The position numbers and the translations under genes are program-made. A stretch of DNA of 64,000 nucleotides from the NCBI GenBank assembly GCA_040905525.1, contig JBBDRJ010000016.1:7004-71003 (forward strand), read 5' to 3'. Numbering within the stretch: position 1 is the stretch's first letter; the number at the start of each line of letters is the position of its first letter. The notes beneath the pieces were generated by a model that was not told the origin of the DNA, ran no database searches, and was given only the letters and a program-made list of their open reading frames with translations. Origin of the DNA: Actinomycetota bacterium (GTDB lineage Bacteria > Actinomycetota > JAICYB01). This document shows, in pieces, positions 38,800 to 48,653 of the stretch.

Positions 38800-40036
38800 C
38801 TAGATCGAAGATCTCCTGGAAGGCTTCGAGATAGACCTGGCCGTCCTTGCCGCGCACGAGGTCGCGCATCTGCGTCATCGGGCGGTGAAGAAGCTTGTTC
38901 ACCAACGCCTTCGTAACCCGCTCGAGCTCTTCTACGTCCATGCCCGCCTTGCGCGCCAGCTTCGCTACCTCGTCGGTTCTGATGCGTTCCGCCCATTCCC
39001 GCAACTCGGTGATGGCCGGACCGAGGGCGAGCGAACGCTCCCAGGCGCAGAAGTCCTCGACCTCTTCGTCCACGATCGCGGAGACCTTGGGGAGCTCGGC
39101 CTTACGCGCCTCGGCCCCCGCGTCGACGAACGATCGGAGGTCGTCCAGGTCGCGCAGCTCGACGCCTTCCAGCTCACGGGCCGACGGGTCGATGTCGCGC
39201 GGCACAGCAACGTCAACGACAACCAGGCGCCGGCCGTTCGTCGCGTCGGCGATAGTCTGCGCGTCGACGACCGGACCGGCCGACGACGTTCCGGAGATCA
39301 GAACGTCGGTCGAGGCGAGAAGCTCGGCCAGCGCATCCAGGGACGCGCCGCTGCCGCCGAGCTCCGCGGCCAGACGCTCGGCCTTCTCCGGAGTCCGGTT
39401 GGCGATCGTGATGTTCGTGCATCCGCCGTCGAGCGAAGCGCGCGCGGCGAGCTCGCCCATACGCCCGGCTCCGATGACAAGTACACGCTTGCCTTCGAGT
39501 CCGCTGGCCAGGTCGGCGGCCACGCGGGCCGCGGCTTGAGGCAGCGACACGACGTGGCGCGAGATAGCCGTCTCACTTCGCGCGCGCTTCCCAACACGCA
39601 GCGCTCGCTGGAAAAGTGCGCCGAGCATCCGGCGCGCCGTGCCTTCCTCGGAGGCGATGCGGAAGGCTTCGCGCACCTGTCCGAGGATCTGTGGCTCGCC
39701 GACGACCATGGAATCGGTTCCGGACGCAACGTTGAACAGGTGCCGCACGGCCGCCGTGTCGTAGTAGGTGTACAGGCCGTCGGACACCCGGTCTTGCGCC
39801 ACGCCGCTGATGTCGGAGACGAATCGGCGGACGGCTTGAACGGCCGGATGGAAGCGATGCACCGTCGCGTATATCTCGGTTCGGTTGCACGTCGACAGGA
39901 TCACGGCTTCGTGGATCGGCTCGTGATCGACCAGGTGCGTCAACGCCTTCGGCAACGCCTCGGGCGTGAACGCAACCTGCTCGAGTATCGGAAGCGGAAC
40001 GGTCTTGTGGCTCAGTCCGCAGACGACGATGGCCAT
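38789..40036 (-). CDS. hemA: Glutamyl-tRNA reductase
   Basis: ILSTCNRTE, SMVVGEPQILGQ, IGAGRMG, ANRT, DVAVPRD. Confidence 0.97.
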   Translation of the reverse strand: MAIVVCGLSHKTVPLPILEQVAFTPEALPKALTHLVDHEPIHEAVILSTCNRTEIYATVHRFHPAVQAVRRFVSDISGVAQDRVSDGLYTYYDTAAVRHLFNVASGTDSMVVGEPQILGQVREAFRIASEEGTARRMLGALFQRALRVGKRARSETAISRHVVSLPQAAARVAADLASGLEGKRVLVIGAGRMGELAARASLDGGCTNITIANRTPEKAERLAAELGGSGASLDALAELLASTDVLISGTSSAGPVVDAQTIADATNGRRLVVVDVAVPRDIDPSARELEGVELRDLDDLRSFVDAGAEARKAELPKVSAIVDEEVEDFCAWERSLALGPAITELREWAERIRTDEVAKLARKAGMDVEELERVTKALVNKLLHRPMTQMRDLVRGKDGQVYLEAFQEIFDLDAK

Positions 40037-40064
40037 ATCGGGGTCAGTCTAGCTGCCCGAGGCT

Positions 40065-40757
40065 TCAGGCTTTCGGGGCCTTGCGCGTGGACCCACGCTG
40101 CTCGTAGAAGGCGAGGATCTGCAGCTCTACGGACAGGTCGACCTGTCTCAAGTGGATCTTGTCCGGGACGGTCAGAACCGTCGGTGCGAAGTTCAGGACC
40201 GACCTCACACCGGCCGCGACGAGACGTTCGGCCGTCTCCTGGGCGGCCGGCGCCGGAGTAGCGATGATCGCGATGGAGATGTCCTTCTCCTTGAGGGAGC
40301 GTTCGAGGTCGTCGATGTGCTCGATGGGAAGATCGCCGACCTTGTGTCCGATGCGGCCTTCGTCCTTGTCGAAGAGGGCAGAGATGCGGAAACCGCGCTC
40401 CGGGAAGCCTTTGTAACCGGCGAGCGCCTGCCCCAAGTTGCCCATGCCCACGATCGCGACCGGCCAGTCCTGGGTGAGACCGAGCTCGCGCGAGATCTGG
40501 TACACGAGGTAGGAGACGTCGTAGCCCACACCGCGCGTGCCGTAGCTGCCGAGGTACGAAAGATCTTTCCGAACCTTCGGCGGGTTCACGCCGGCGGCTT
40601 CGGCCAGGCGCTCGGAGGACACCGTCTGGATCTGCTGGACCCCGAGCTCGCCGAGGACCCTGAGATATACAGGGAGCCGGGCGACTGTTGCCTCGGGGAT
40701 CGGCTTCGTCCGGACCCGAGCCCCCGTGCGCGTCCGGTCGGCTGGCGGATTGCTCAT
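40065..40757 (-). CDS. rex: Redox-sensing repressor Rex
   Basis: IPEATVARLPVYL, VRKDLSYLGSYGTRGVGY, VGMGNLG, LNFAP. Confidence 0.97.
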   Translation of the reverse strand: MSNPPADRTRTGARVRTKPIPEATVARLPVYLRVLGELGVQQIQTVSSERLAEAAGVNPPKVRKDLSYLGSYGTRGVGYDVSYLVYQISRELGLTQDWPVAIVGMGNLGQALAGYKGFPERGFRISALFDKDEGRIGHKVGDLPIEHIDDLERSLKEKDISIAIIATPAPAAQETAERLVAAGVRSVLNFAPTVLTVPDKIHLRQVDLSVELQILAFYEQRGSTRKAPKA

Positions 40758-40787
40758 TTGGTGGCGGATGCTAGCCGGGGCAAGCGC

Positions 40788-40805
40788 TCGTACACAAGTT
40801 CACAA
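40788..40805 (-). promoter_or_regulatory. Candidate Rex operator (autoregulation of rex-hem)
   Basis: Minus strand TTGTGAA-CTTG-TGTACGA versus consensus TTGTGAA-N4-TTCACAA (one perfect half), 30 bp upstream of rex. Confidence 0.5.
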
Positions 40806-40810
40806 ACTTT

Positions 40811-41515
40811 CTAGAAGTTCCAGAAGTCCAGGCCCACGTCACCCATCACGCGCTGCGCCCAGATCGTGATGTCGGTGAGCCTTCCGGTGATCATCAAGAC
40901 TCCGACGCCGACGAGCAGCACACCCCCTACGAGCTGGATGGTCGCGCCGTGACGTTTGAGACGGCCGCCGAACGTCACCAGTCCCAGCCCGGCTGCGATG
41001 AATGGAAGGCCGATGCCGAGTGAGTAGGCGAAGAGCAGACCGATGCCGTCGACCAAGCCGTCCGACGTCGCCGCGAGATTGAGCGCCGCACCCAGAGTGG
41101 GACCGATGCACGGCGTCCACGCGAAAGCGAAGGCCGCACCGAGGGCGAACGTGCGACCCACTCCCCCTCCGGGCCGTAAGTAGAACCGGCGCTCCCGCAG
41201 GAACGGCGACCGGGGGCCGAGCACCATCAGTGTTCCGAGAACTATGACGAAGCTCCCGCTCACGATCTCGATGCCGCGTTTGTGATCGAGAAGGAAGGAC
41301 GAAAGCACCGACGCCGTCGCGCCGAGCGAGACGAAGACGACCGTCAGTCCGGCAACGAAGGCCAGAGTGCCGGGCAGCGCCTTGCGCATGGGCACACGCT
41401 CCCCGACGGCCGAGCCGGTAATGAACCCGACGTAACCGGGGAGCAAGGGAAGGACGCACGGCGAGAGGAATCCGACCAGCCCGGCGCCGAACGTGATCAG
41501 CGAATCGACGAACAC
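40811..41515 (-). CDS. ccdA: Cytochrome c biogenesis/thiol-disulfide membrane protein CcdA
   Basis: GFLSPCVLPLLP and FAWTPCIGP. Confidence 0.92.
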   Translation of the reverse strand: MFVDSLITFGAGLVGFLSPCVLPLLPGYVGFITGSAVGERVPMRKALPGTLAFVAGLTVVFVSLGATASVLSSFLLDHKRGIEIVSGSFVIVLGTLMVLGPRSPFLRERRFYLRPGGGVGRTFALGAAFAFAWTPCIGPTLGAALNLAATSDGLVDGIGLLFAYSLGIGLPFIAAGLGLVTFGGRLKRHGATIQLVGGVLLVGVGVLMITGRLTDITIWAQRVMGDVGLDFWNF

Positions 41516-41528
41516 GCGTTCACCGTAC

Positions 41529-42170
41529 TCACGTCCTGGTCCTGACGAAGCCCCCGTACATCAGACCGATCCCAACCGCCAGGCCGATCGCGAAGACCGC
41601 GACGTAACCGGCCCGGGCGAACTCGCTCGCCACACCGGCCACCACGACGCCGGAGGCCAGGAGCGCCAGACCGAGGCTGTTGCGCCCTTGGGCGAGCGAC
41701 ATCCCCAACCCGGCAAGAACAACCACGGATCCGGTGATCGAGAACCAGCGAGACAGATTCCTGACGAGCACGGGCATCACGTCGCGCGCAGCCGGGAGCT
41801 CGTCGGTAACGAAGGCTGCCGCAGCGCCGGGGATGAAGTCGGTGGTGAAGACGACGCCGAGCGCCCACGCACTCAAACCCACCAGGACCATAGTCATCGC
41901 GATGGCCGCCGAACGTTCCCAGACCAGCCACAGGGTGCCGAGGCCGAGCCAACCAACGTTGAGCACCGCACCGAAACCGTAGAAAACGCGATACGTCGTC
42001 GGTGTCCAACCCGATAGCGTCCCCCACACAACCGCCCCAGATCCGATCGCGAACTGAGCGAGCGCCACCGACCACATACGCAGTGCCATACCGCGTCCTT
42101 TCGCAGCGCGCCACGTCGCGAGGCTGAACGCTGCGGCGACAATCGTCGCCGCGATCGAAAAAAAGACCAC
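41529..42170 (-). CDS. Hypothetical polytopic membrane protein
   Basis: Several hydrophobic helices; YRVFYGFGAVLNVGWLGLGT; coupled to fadD. Confidence 0.65.
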   Translation of the reverse strand: MVFFSIAATIVAAAFSLATWRAAKGRGMALRMWSVALAQFAIGSGAVVWGTLSGWTPTTYRVFYGFGAVLNVGWLGLGTLWLVWERSAAIAMTMVLVGLSAWALGVVFTTDFIPGAAAAFVTDELPAARDVMPVLVRNLSRWFSITGSVVVLAGLGMSLAQGRNSLGLALLASGVVVAGVASEFARAGYVAVFAIGLAVGIGLMYGGFVRTRT

Positions 42171-43702
42171 TAGTTGTGACGCAATTCGCGGCGCAGGACC
42201 TTGCCGGCGGCGTTCCGCGGGATCTGGCCGACGATGTCGACGACGCGCGGGAGCTTGTAGTGGGCGAGGCTGTGCTCGCAGAAGGCCACGATCTCTTCAG
42301 CGGTAACCGTTTGATCCGGCTCGGGAACGACAACAGCGCGGACGTGCTCACCCGTGGTCGGATCGGTGTCTCCGACGACCGCAACTTCGCGGACCTTGGG
42401 GTGTCTGCCGATCACGTCCTCGACCTCGCGTGGGTAAACGTTGAAGCCCGACACCAGGATCAGGTCACGGCGACGGTCGACAATGTAGAGGTCGCCGTCG
42501 TCGTCGGCTACGCCTACGTCTCCGGTGCGGAACCATCCGTCGACCAACGACCGTTCGGTGTACTCGGGGTCGTTCCAATAGCCGCGGAAGACGTTCGGCC
42601 CCCGGACGACGATCTCGCCCGGATCTCCCTCCTCGACCTCCTCGCCCGCCTCGTCGACCAGTCGGATCTCGACGCCGTCCAGAGGCCGGCCGATCGAGCC
42701 CGGCTTCGCCACTCCGCCGATGCCGGTGAACGTCAGAGCCGGCGCGGTCTCGGTGAGCCCGTAACCCTCCCAGATCGTCACATCGAAGCGTTCGCGGAAG
42801 GCCTCGAGTACATGCTTGGACAACGGTGCGGCGCCGGACACCGCGACGCGGACGTTGGCGAAGGCGTCGGGCTTCTTATCGGCCAGCCCGAGCCACGCGA
42901 TGTAGACGGGCGGCGCTCCGGCGATCACGGTTACGGCCTCCTTCGAAATGGCGTCGATCGAGGCCGCGGGATCGAAGCGCTCCATCAAGACGATCTTGGC
43001 TCCCACCATCACCGCCAGGTTCAGCACGACGTTCAGCCCAAAGATGTGGAACAACGGCAACACGCAGAGCACGGCGTCTTCTGGACCGACGGCGATGGGC
43101 GAAGATCTCATCTGCTCGAGGTTCGCGCGCAGGTTCGCGTGCGTGAGCATCGCGCCCTTCGGGAGCCCGGACGTTCCCGAGGTGTAGGCGATCAGCGCGA
43201 GGTCGTCTGGATCGACGGCGGCGATCGGCGGCACATCGTCCGGCTCGGGAGCCGAGTCGGCATCCGCACCGTCCGGAGCGTCCTTCGGAAGGAGCACGCC
43301 GGGGATTCCGAGCTCGCTCACCAGCTCCCGGCCGCCGGCGTCCGCCTGATCTTGTCCGAGGAAGACGGCCTTGACTCCGGCGTCGGTCAGGATGTGCTGC
43401 GCTTCCGGCTTGGTCAGCGCCGCGTGCACCGGCACCACGACGGCCCCGAGACGCAGCACGGCATACATCGCCGAAGCGAAGGCCGGATGATTGGGCAGCC
43501 ACAAAGCGACGCGGTCGCCCTTCTCGATCCCGAGGTCGGCCAGGTTCGCCGCGGCGCGCCGGGCTTGCAGGGCCAGACCGGTGTACGTCGTAGTCGAGCC
43601 CTTCCTCGCCTCCGGCTTCACCTCCGTCGGGGCAAAGACGATCGCGGGGGCGTCGGGAGTGCGCTCGGCTGTTGCCTCGAGGTTGTTCGCGAGGTTCGTC
43701 AT
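42170..43702 (-). CDS. fadD: Long-chain acyl-CoA ligase (AMP-binding)
   Basis: YTSGTSGLPKG, EGYGLTET, WFRTGD, GFNVYPREVE, NAAGKV. Confidence 0.88.
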   Translation of the reverse strand: MTNLANNLEATAERTPDAPAIVFAPTEVKPEARKGSTTTYTGLALQARRAAANLADLGIEKGDRVALWLPNHPAFASAMYAVLRLGAVVVPVHAALTKPEAQHILTDAGVKAVFLGQDQADAGGRELVSELGIPGVLLPKDAPDGADADSAPEPDDVPPIAAVDPDDLALIAYTSGTSGLPKGAMLTHANLRANLEQMRSSPIAVGPEDAVLCVLPLFHIFGLNVVLNLAVMVGAKIVLMERFDPAASIDAISKEAVTVIAGAPPVYIAWLGLADKKPDAFANVRVAVSGAAPLSKHVLEAFRERFDVTIWEGYGLTETAPALTFTGIGGVAKPGSIGRPLDGVEIRLVDEAGEEVEEGDPGEIVVRGPNVFRGYWNDPEYTERSLVDGWFRTGDVGVADDDGDLYIVDRRRDLILVSGFNVYPREVEDVIGRHPKVREVAVVGDTDPTTGEHVRAVVVPEPDQTVTAEEIVAFCEHSLAHYKLPRVVDIVGQIPRNAAGKVLRRELRHN

Positions 43703-45030
43703 GGTCCGGACAAGGCCCCGCCGGCCACCAGTTCGGCCCGCAACTTCTCACCGTCGATCTCACGCGGCATGCGCTGCTCGGCGATGCACATCGCAGCCGC
43801 CGACCCGGCCGCCTCGCCGATCGCCATGCACGTTCCGGTGACGCGGGACGATGCCAGCGCCTCGTGCGTAGCGGACATGCACCGGCCGGCCACGAGGACG
43901 TTCGAAACGTCGCGGGCGATCAGGCTGCGCAGCGGGATCTCGAACCAGTCACCGTCCGGCAGGAACTCCCAGCGTGTCTCGGCCCCTTGCGTGTGGAACT
44001 CGAAGGGCCACGCGCTCGCCGCGACGCCGTCGGAAAACTTCGTGCAGTTCATCGCCTCGTCGAAGCTCAGGACGTGGTCGCCGATCGCGTGCCGCGTCTC
44101 CCTGATGCCGACGGTCACGGCCGTGTCCTGCAAGTAAGCCGACGCGAATCCCGGCATCTCGTCGACGAGGAACCGGGCCGACTCTTCGGCGATGGCCCGA
44201 CCCTTCATCTCGGCCTCGGTCAGCTCGAAGACGTCGGTGCCGTCCGGCGGGGCGCCGGATGCTTTGGCGACTCGCGTCATCGCGCCGACGATCTCGCCTT
44301 CGCGCATGGTAGGGATCACCGCGCCGGCGGCTCGCGTGAGATCGTGCGATCTGCTTTCGTACGCAGTTCGGATCTTCTCGGCCAGCAGGCCCAAGCCGGC
44401 CTTCATCGCCTCGGCGAGGTCAACGTTCTGCATATAAAACTGCATCGACGGATATTGCAGGCGTCCCGGCTCGCCCATCTCCCACGGACATCCGGCGTGA
44501 TAGACGATGTCGGCATCCCCCGTGGCGTCCACGAACACTTTTCCGCGAACGGCTTTCGGTCCCTGCTTGGTCGCCACAACGACGGCCTCGATCGCGTCGC
44601 CGGATCTAACTACGCCGGAGATGAAAGCGTGCAGCAGCGGGGTGATCCGTTCCTCTTCGGATATGAGCCGATCGGCCAGACGCTTGTAACCCCAGGGGAC
44701 ATAGGGCATCACCGCGGTTTCCTTGTATGGGATCGGCCCGAGCCCCCAGCCCGACGCAGCGAGGCCCTGAGCCCACTCGCGCGCGATGCCGTTGCTGAGA
44801 TGGTCGAAGGTGTCGTTCGTGCGGACGTAGAGCCCGCAGATCGAGCCGAGGCTCGCTGCCGTAGCGTTTCCGCCGAAGAACGGCCAGCGTTCCACGAGTG
44901 CGACCTTGGCCCCGCGTCGTGCCGCGGCGAGTGCGGCACCCAATCCGGCCGACCCCGCGCCGCAGACGACGACGTCGGCTTCGAGCACAACGGGTGCGTC
45001 GAGCGAAGGAAGATTCACGTGTTCACTCAC
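43699..45030 (-). CDS. FAD-dependent oxidoreductase (uncharacterised family)
   Basis: DVVVCGAGSAG...ERWPFFGG, VDATGDAD, GIRETR, VAGRCMSA..EA..SSRVTGTCMAIGEAAG. Confidence 0.85.
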   Translation of the reverse strand: MSEHVNLPSLDAPVVLEADVVVCGAGSAGLGAALAAARRGAKVALVERWPFFGGNATAASLGSICGLYVRTNDTFDHLSNGIAREWAQGLAASGWGLGPIPYKETAVMPYVPWGYKRLADRLISEEERITPLLHAFISGVVRSGDAIEAVVVATKQGPKAVRGKVFVDATGDADIVYHAGCPWEMGEPGRLQYPSMQFYMQNVDLAEAMKAGLGLLAEKIRTAYESRSHDLTRAAGAVIPTMREGEIVGAMTRVAKASGAPPDGTDVFELTEAEMKGRAIAEESARFLVDEMPGFASAYLQDTAVTVGIRETRHAIGDHVLSFDEAMNCTKFSDGVAASAWPFEFHTQGAETRWEFLPDGDWFEIPLRSLIARDVSNVLVAGRCMSATHEALASSRVTGTCMAIGEAAGSAAAMCIAEQRMPREIDGEKLRAELVAGGALSGP

Positions 45031-45791
45031 TCGGGGCTCCCTTCCCCGACCATGAGCTCTACCTCGGCGCCCTGGACTTCCACGACGACGACACCCTCGC
45101 CGAGGCGGGCCACGGCGGACAACCCCTCCGGGATCTGTGGAAGCTCGATCAGGTTCCTGATGCGCTCGGCTTCGGCTCTGAACCTCCGGTCGATCTGAGA
45201 CACGCTGGTTGGGACAAGCACGATGCGTCCGGCCTCGACCTTGGGTAGGTAGCGTGCCGGCTTCGAGATCTCCTCTTCCGAAGGCTCGTCATCGTCGGAC
45301 AGGCTGGCGCCCTCTGTGAGGAAGTGGACCTCGATGCCCGATGCCCTCACCTGGAGCGAACCGATCAGGGGAACCGAGCGCTGCACGAAGTCCTCGAGGT
45401 CGTCCTCGGCGATCTCAATCGATCCCAGAGGCTGTGACGCCTCAACCTTCGTCCGCGCGGCGAAGCTCGATCGCGCCAGCGCGAACATTCGCCCCGGAGA
45501 GAAGTGGACGTCGCGGAGCGTCGTCGTGACGGACTGGACGCGCAGACCACCCGGGGCCGACGCGCCCCGGACCTTCACCTCGGCCCGGCCCAAGCGCCCG
45601 GTGATAAAGCCCGGGAGGAACGGAACGTTGCCGAGGTCGAGCGTTGCGCTCTCGGCGGCCATCGTTCGAGCGATCTGATCGGCTCCGCGCGACTCCAGAT
45701 ATTGAAGCGACACGACATCGACGACGAAGTACAGACCAACGGCAACGAGCAGGCCGACGGCCACCCATCGCAATCCCCGCCGACGTCGCAT
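45027..45791 (-). CDS. DUF2993/LmeA-like membrane-anchored protein
   Basis: Basic N-terminus plus TM helix, then PFLPGFITG; GTGA overlap with the next gene. Confidence 0.55.
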   Translation of the reverse strand: MRRRRGLRWVAVGLLVAVGLYFVVDVVSLQYLESRGADQIARTMAAESATLDLGNVPFLPGFITGRLGRAEVKVRGASAPGGLRVQSVTTTLRDVHFSPGRMFALARSSFAARTKVEASQPLGSIEIAEDDLEDFVQRSVPLIGSLQVRASGIEVHFLTEGASLSDDDEPSEEEISKPARYLPKVEAGRIVLVPTSVSQIDRRFRAEAERIRNLIELPQIPEGLSAVARLGEGVVVVEVQGAEVELMVGEGSPE

Positions 45792-45819
45792 TCCTCAGAG
45801 GCTAATCTGGAACCTCTCC

Positions 45820-46638
45820 ATGGTTCCCAACCCAAAGCTCGCCATTTCCACAGGTCCCCTTTGGCGCCTGGATCTCGATGTCGCGTTCTCGGCTTTGAAG
45901 GGCGCGGGGGCCGAGGGCGTGGAGATCATGGTCACCCAGAGCCCCGAGACCCAGTCGGCCAACGAGCTCGAGCGGCTGGCCGAGCGCCACGACCTTCCCA
46001 TCATCGCCGTGCATGCGCCCCAGCTGCTCCTGACGCGCGGCGTCTTTTCGACCAACCCTTTGGAGAAGATCAGACGGACGGCCGAGCTGTGCAAAGCGCT
46101 GGACGTCCAGACGATCGTTCTTCATCCGCCGTACTTCTGGCAGCCGCGCTATGCCTTGTGGCTTCTGCACGAGCTCGAGGACGTACTGCAGGAAGACGGC
46201 CCGGCGATCACCATGGAGAACATGTTCCCGGTGCACGTCGGGCGCCGGCGCATGTCCTTTCACCGCTTCCGGGGCCTCGAGGGGCTCCGCCGTTTCCGTT
46301 ACGTCACGCTGGACACGTCGCACTTGGCCGTGGCCGAGCAAGACCTGGTGTCGTCCTACCGCGAGCTGGCCGATCGCATCGTCCACATCCACCTGTCCGA
46401 CAATCGCGGAAAGGGCCGGGACAGCCACGCGCCCATCGGCCAAGGCATGTTGCCCATCGAGGATTTCGTGCGCGCCCTCGACGGAGAAGCCCTTCGATCT
46501 ATCGCGCTCGAGATCGAGCCCGGGCCCAACGTCCAGGATCCGCACACCCTCGAGCAACTGTTCGGTGAGTCCCTGGACCTCGTCCGCCGAAACCTTCAGG
46601 TCCGCCAGCGGCCGGAACAGCCCCGAACGCCCGGCTGA
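45820..46638 (+). CDS. Sugar phosphate isomerase/epimerase (xylose-isomerase-like TIM barrel)
   Basis: ENM, LDTSH, HIHLSD, LEI metal ligands. Confidence 0.85.
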   Translation: MVPNPKLAISTGPLWRLDLDVAFSALKGAGAEGVEIMVTQSPETQSANELERLAERHDLPIIAVHAPQLLLTRGVFSTNPLEKIRRTAELCKALDVQTIVLHPPYFWQPRYALWLLHELEDVLQEDGPAITMENMFPVHVGRRRMSFHRFRGLEGLRRFRYVTLDTSHLAVAEQDLVSSYRELADRIVHIHLSDNRGKGRDSHAPIGQGMLPIEDFVRALDGEALRSIALEIEPGPNVQDPHTLEQLFGESLDLVRRNLQVRQRPEQPRTPG

Positions 46639-46666
46639 AGTCCCCGCGCATAACCTAGGCGGACAC

Positions 46667-47347
46667 ATGGATGCCATGGAAGCTTTGCGATCCAGCGTGC
46701 TGTTCGGCGGTCTGGACGAGCGAGCGCAAGCGCGCATCGCCGAGATCGCCATTCATCGCCGGTACCGCAAGGGAAGCGTGCTGTTCGTCCAGGGCGAGCA
46801 AGCCGAACGATGCTTCGCGATCGTTTCCGGAGCCGTGAAGATCAGCGCCTACCACCCAGACGGCCGCGAAGCCGTTCTGGCCGTCCTCGGCCCGGGTGAC
46901 GTTTTCGGCGAGCTCGCGTTGTTCGACCAGGCGCCGCGGTCGGCCGACGCGACGGCGCTCGAAGACTCCGAGCTGCTGTCCATCGACGCTCAGGGATTGA
47001 ACGAAGCGATCTCGACCAACCCCAAGCTCGGCCTGGCCATGTTGCGCGTGCTCGGCGAGCGTCTGCGCCAATCGAACGAGGCTTTCCAGGACATCGCCTT
47101 CTTCGACGTGCCGGGCCGCGTGGCTCGCCGCCTGGCCGATCTCGCCGATGCCCATGGGAGGGAGGCCGCCGAAGGGATAATCATCGACATCTTCCTTTCG
47201 CAAGAGAGCCTTGCTCAGATGGTCGGCGCGACGCGGGAAAGCGTTAACAAGGCCCTGGCTCTGTTGAAGAGACGAGGACTGGTCGCCCGTATCGGCAAGC
47301 GCTACCTCGTCAGCGACGTCGTCCGGCTGCGCGAACGCGCACGGTAG
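46667..47347 (+). CDS. crp: Crp/Fnr family regulator (cAMP-binding type)
   Basis: FGELALFDQAPRSA, LSQESLAQMVGATRESVNKAL. Confidence 0.85.
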   Translation: MDAMEALRSSVLFGGLDERAQARIAEIAIHRRYRKGSVLFVQGEQAERCFAIVSGAVKISAYHPDGREAVLAVLGPGDVFGELALFDQAPRSADATALEDSELLSIDAQGLNEAISTNPKLGLAMLRVLGERLRQSNEAFQDIAFFDVPGRVARRLADLADAHGREAAEGIIIDIFLSQESLAQMVGATRESVNKALALLKRRGLVARIGKRYLVSDVVRLRERAR

Positions 47348-47350
47348 AGA

Positions 47351-48181
47351 TCAGCTCGGGGCGAGTTTTTCGAGGATCTCGCGCGACGGCGGCGAATAGA
47401 AGGACAGCACCACGTGATGGACGCCCGCCTCTTCCAAGGCATCGAGCTGCCCCGGAAGCGCAGCGAGGGTCGCGTCGTCGTTGGTGAAGATGAACTGCTG
47501 GACCGATCTGCGGATCTCGGCGGGGTCGCGGCCGACGTCTGAGCAATGCTCCTCGAGGATGCCGGACAGCCTCCGGTACTCGTCGGCCGAAGCCGCCGGA
47601 GCATTCCATTCGTCGGCGTGCTTGGCCACAACGCGCAGCGTCTTGCGCGGCCCCGAGCCCCCGATGACGATCGGGATCTTCGCTTGGACGGGCTTCGGCT
47701 CGCAGATGGCGTCGTGAAGCGTCCAGAACCGTCCGGCGTGATCGACCTTGTCCTCGGTCCACAACCGGCGGATGATCTCGCACGCCTCGTCGAGCATCGC
47801 GATACGGGTACCGGCCGACGGAAACGGGATCCCATACGTCAGATGCTCGGGCTCGTGCCAGGCCGCCCCGATCCCGAAATCCAGCCGCCCGCCCGAGATG
47901 TGGTCCACCGACACCGCCATGTTCGCGAGGATAGCGGGATGGCGGTAGGTGACACCGGTGACCATGCATCCGATGCGAGCACGCTTGGTGACCTTGCCCA
48001 TGGCGGCGAGCGTCGTCCAGCCCTCGAGGGTCGGCAGCTCGAGGGGCTGCCCGGCCAGGTACAAACCGTAGAAGTGGTCGTAGTTCCAGACCGCGTGGTA
48101 ACCGAGGTCGTCTGCGTCGCCCCAGAACCGCTCCAGAACGTCGTAGGAGAACACGGGCGCGATCTTGGCCGAGCGGAGCAC
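47351..48181 (-). CDS. LLM-class, probably F420-dependent, oxidoreductase
   Basis: WNYDHFYG, LEGWTTLAA, YRHPAILA, GGRLDFGIGAAW. Confidence 0.85.
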   Translation of the reverse strand: MLRSAKIAPVFSYDVLERFWGDADDLGYHAVWNYDHFYGLYLAGQPLELPTLEGWTTLAAMGKVTKRARIGCMVTGVTYRHPAILANMAVSVDHISGGRLDFGIGAAWHEPEHLTYGIPFPSAGTRIAMLDEACEIIRRLWTEDKVDHAGRFWTLHDAICEPKPVQAKIPIVIGGSGPRKTLRVVAKHADEWNAPAASADEYRRLSGILEEHCSDVGRDPAEIRRSVQQFIFTNDDATLAALPGQLDALEEAGVHHVVLSFYSPPSREILEKLAPS

Positions 48182-48207
48182 GCCGCCGATGCTATAGAAC
48201 CTGCCTC

Positions 48208-48648
48208 GTGACGGTTCGGGCGTGGTTCACCATCTCGGTCCTCGTGCTCGTTGCGCTGAGCGCGGCGGTCGTCGTGCGTTTCCTGGCTCCCGTCGATCCC
48301 CCGCCGATCTTCGTGAGGTCGGGCCAGACACGCCTGGTCGGCGTGCTCGACAAAGGCTGTTGGCCGCAGCGCGGTGGGGACCTGCGCTGCCAAGACGGCC
48401 CGGACGAAAGGCCGCGCGCAGGAACCCTCGCGCGCGAGGGGAAGCTCCGTGTCGTCGTCGCCTATCCGGCACAGCCCGATGACGGAACGATCCGCATCGA
48501 GCGCGAGCCCGGAAAAGAGATCTTGGACGAGGAGTGGGATGAGTCCTTCGACTACGAGCTCAAGGCCGGCAGCTACGTGCTGACGGCCGACGCGAGGTAT
48601 CCGGAGAAGGCTTACACCCGGTACGTGTTCAGGTTCCGCGTGCGCTGA
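48208..48648 (+). CDS. Hypothetical N-terminally anchored/secreted protein
   Basis: Hydrophobic N-terminus; GCW...RCQD Cys pair; beta-rich C-terminus. Confidence 0.6.
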   Translation: MTVRAWFTISVLVLVALSAAVVVRFLAPVDPPPIFVRSGQTRLVGVLDKGCWPQRGGDLRCQDGPDERPRAGTLAREGKLRVVVAYPAQPDDGTIRIEREPGKEILDEEWDESFDYELKAGSYVLTADARYPEKAYTRYVFRFRVR

Positions 48649-48653
48649 CCCGG

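Noticed and set aside
42176-44137. Long antisense ORFs (also 19610-21142, 52584-53651, 4857-6212 and others)
   Set aside because: Shadow ORFs from high GC3 opposite genes with clear motifs; they have no family motifs of their own.
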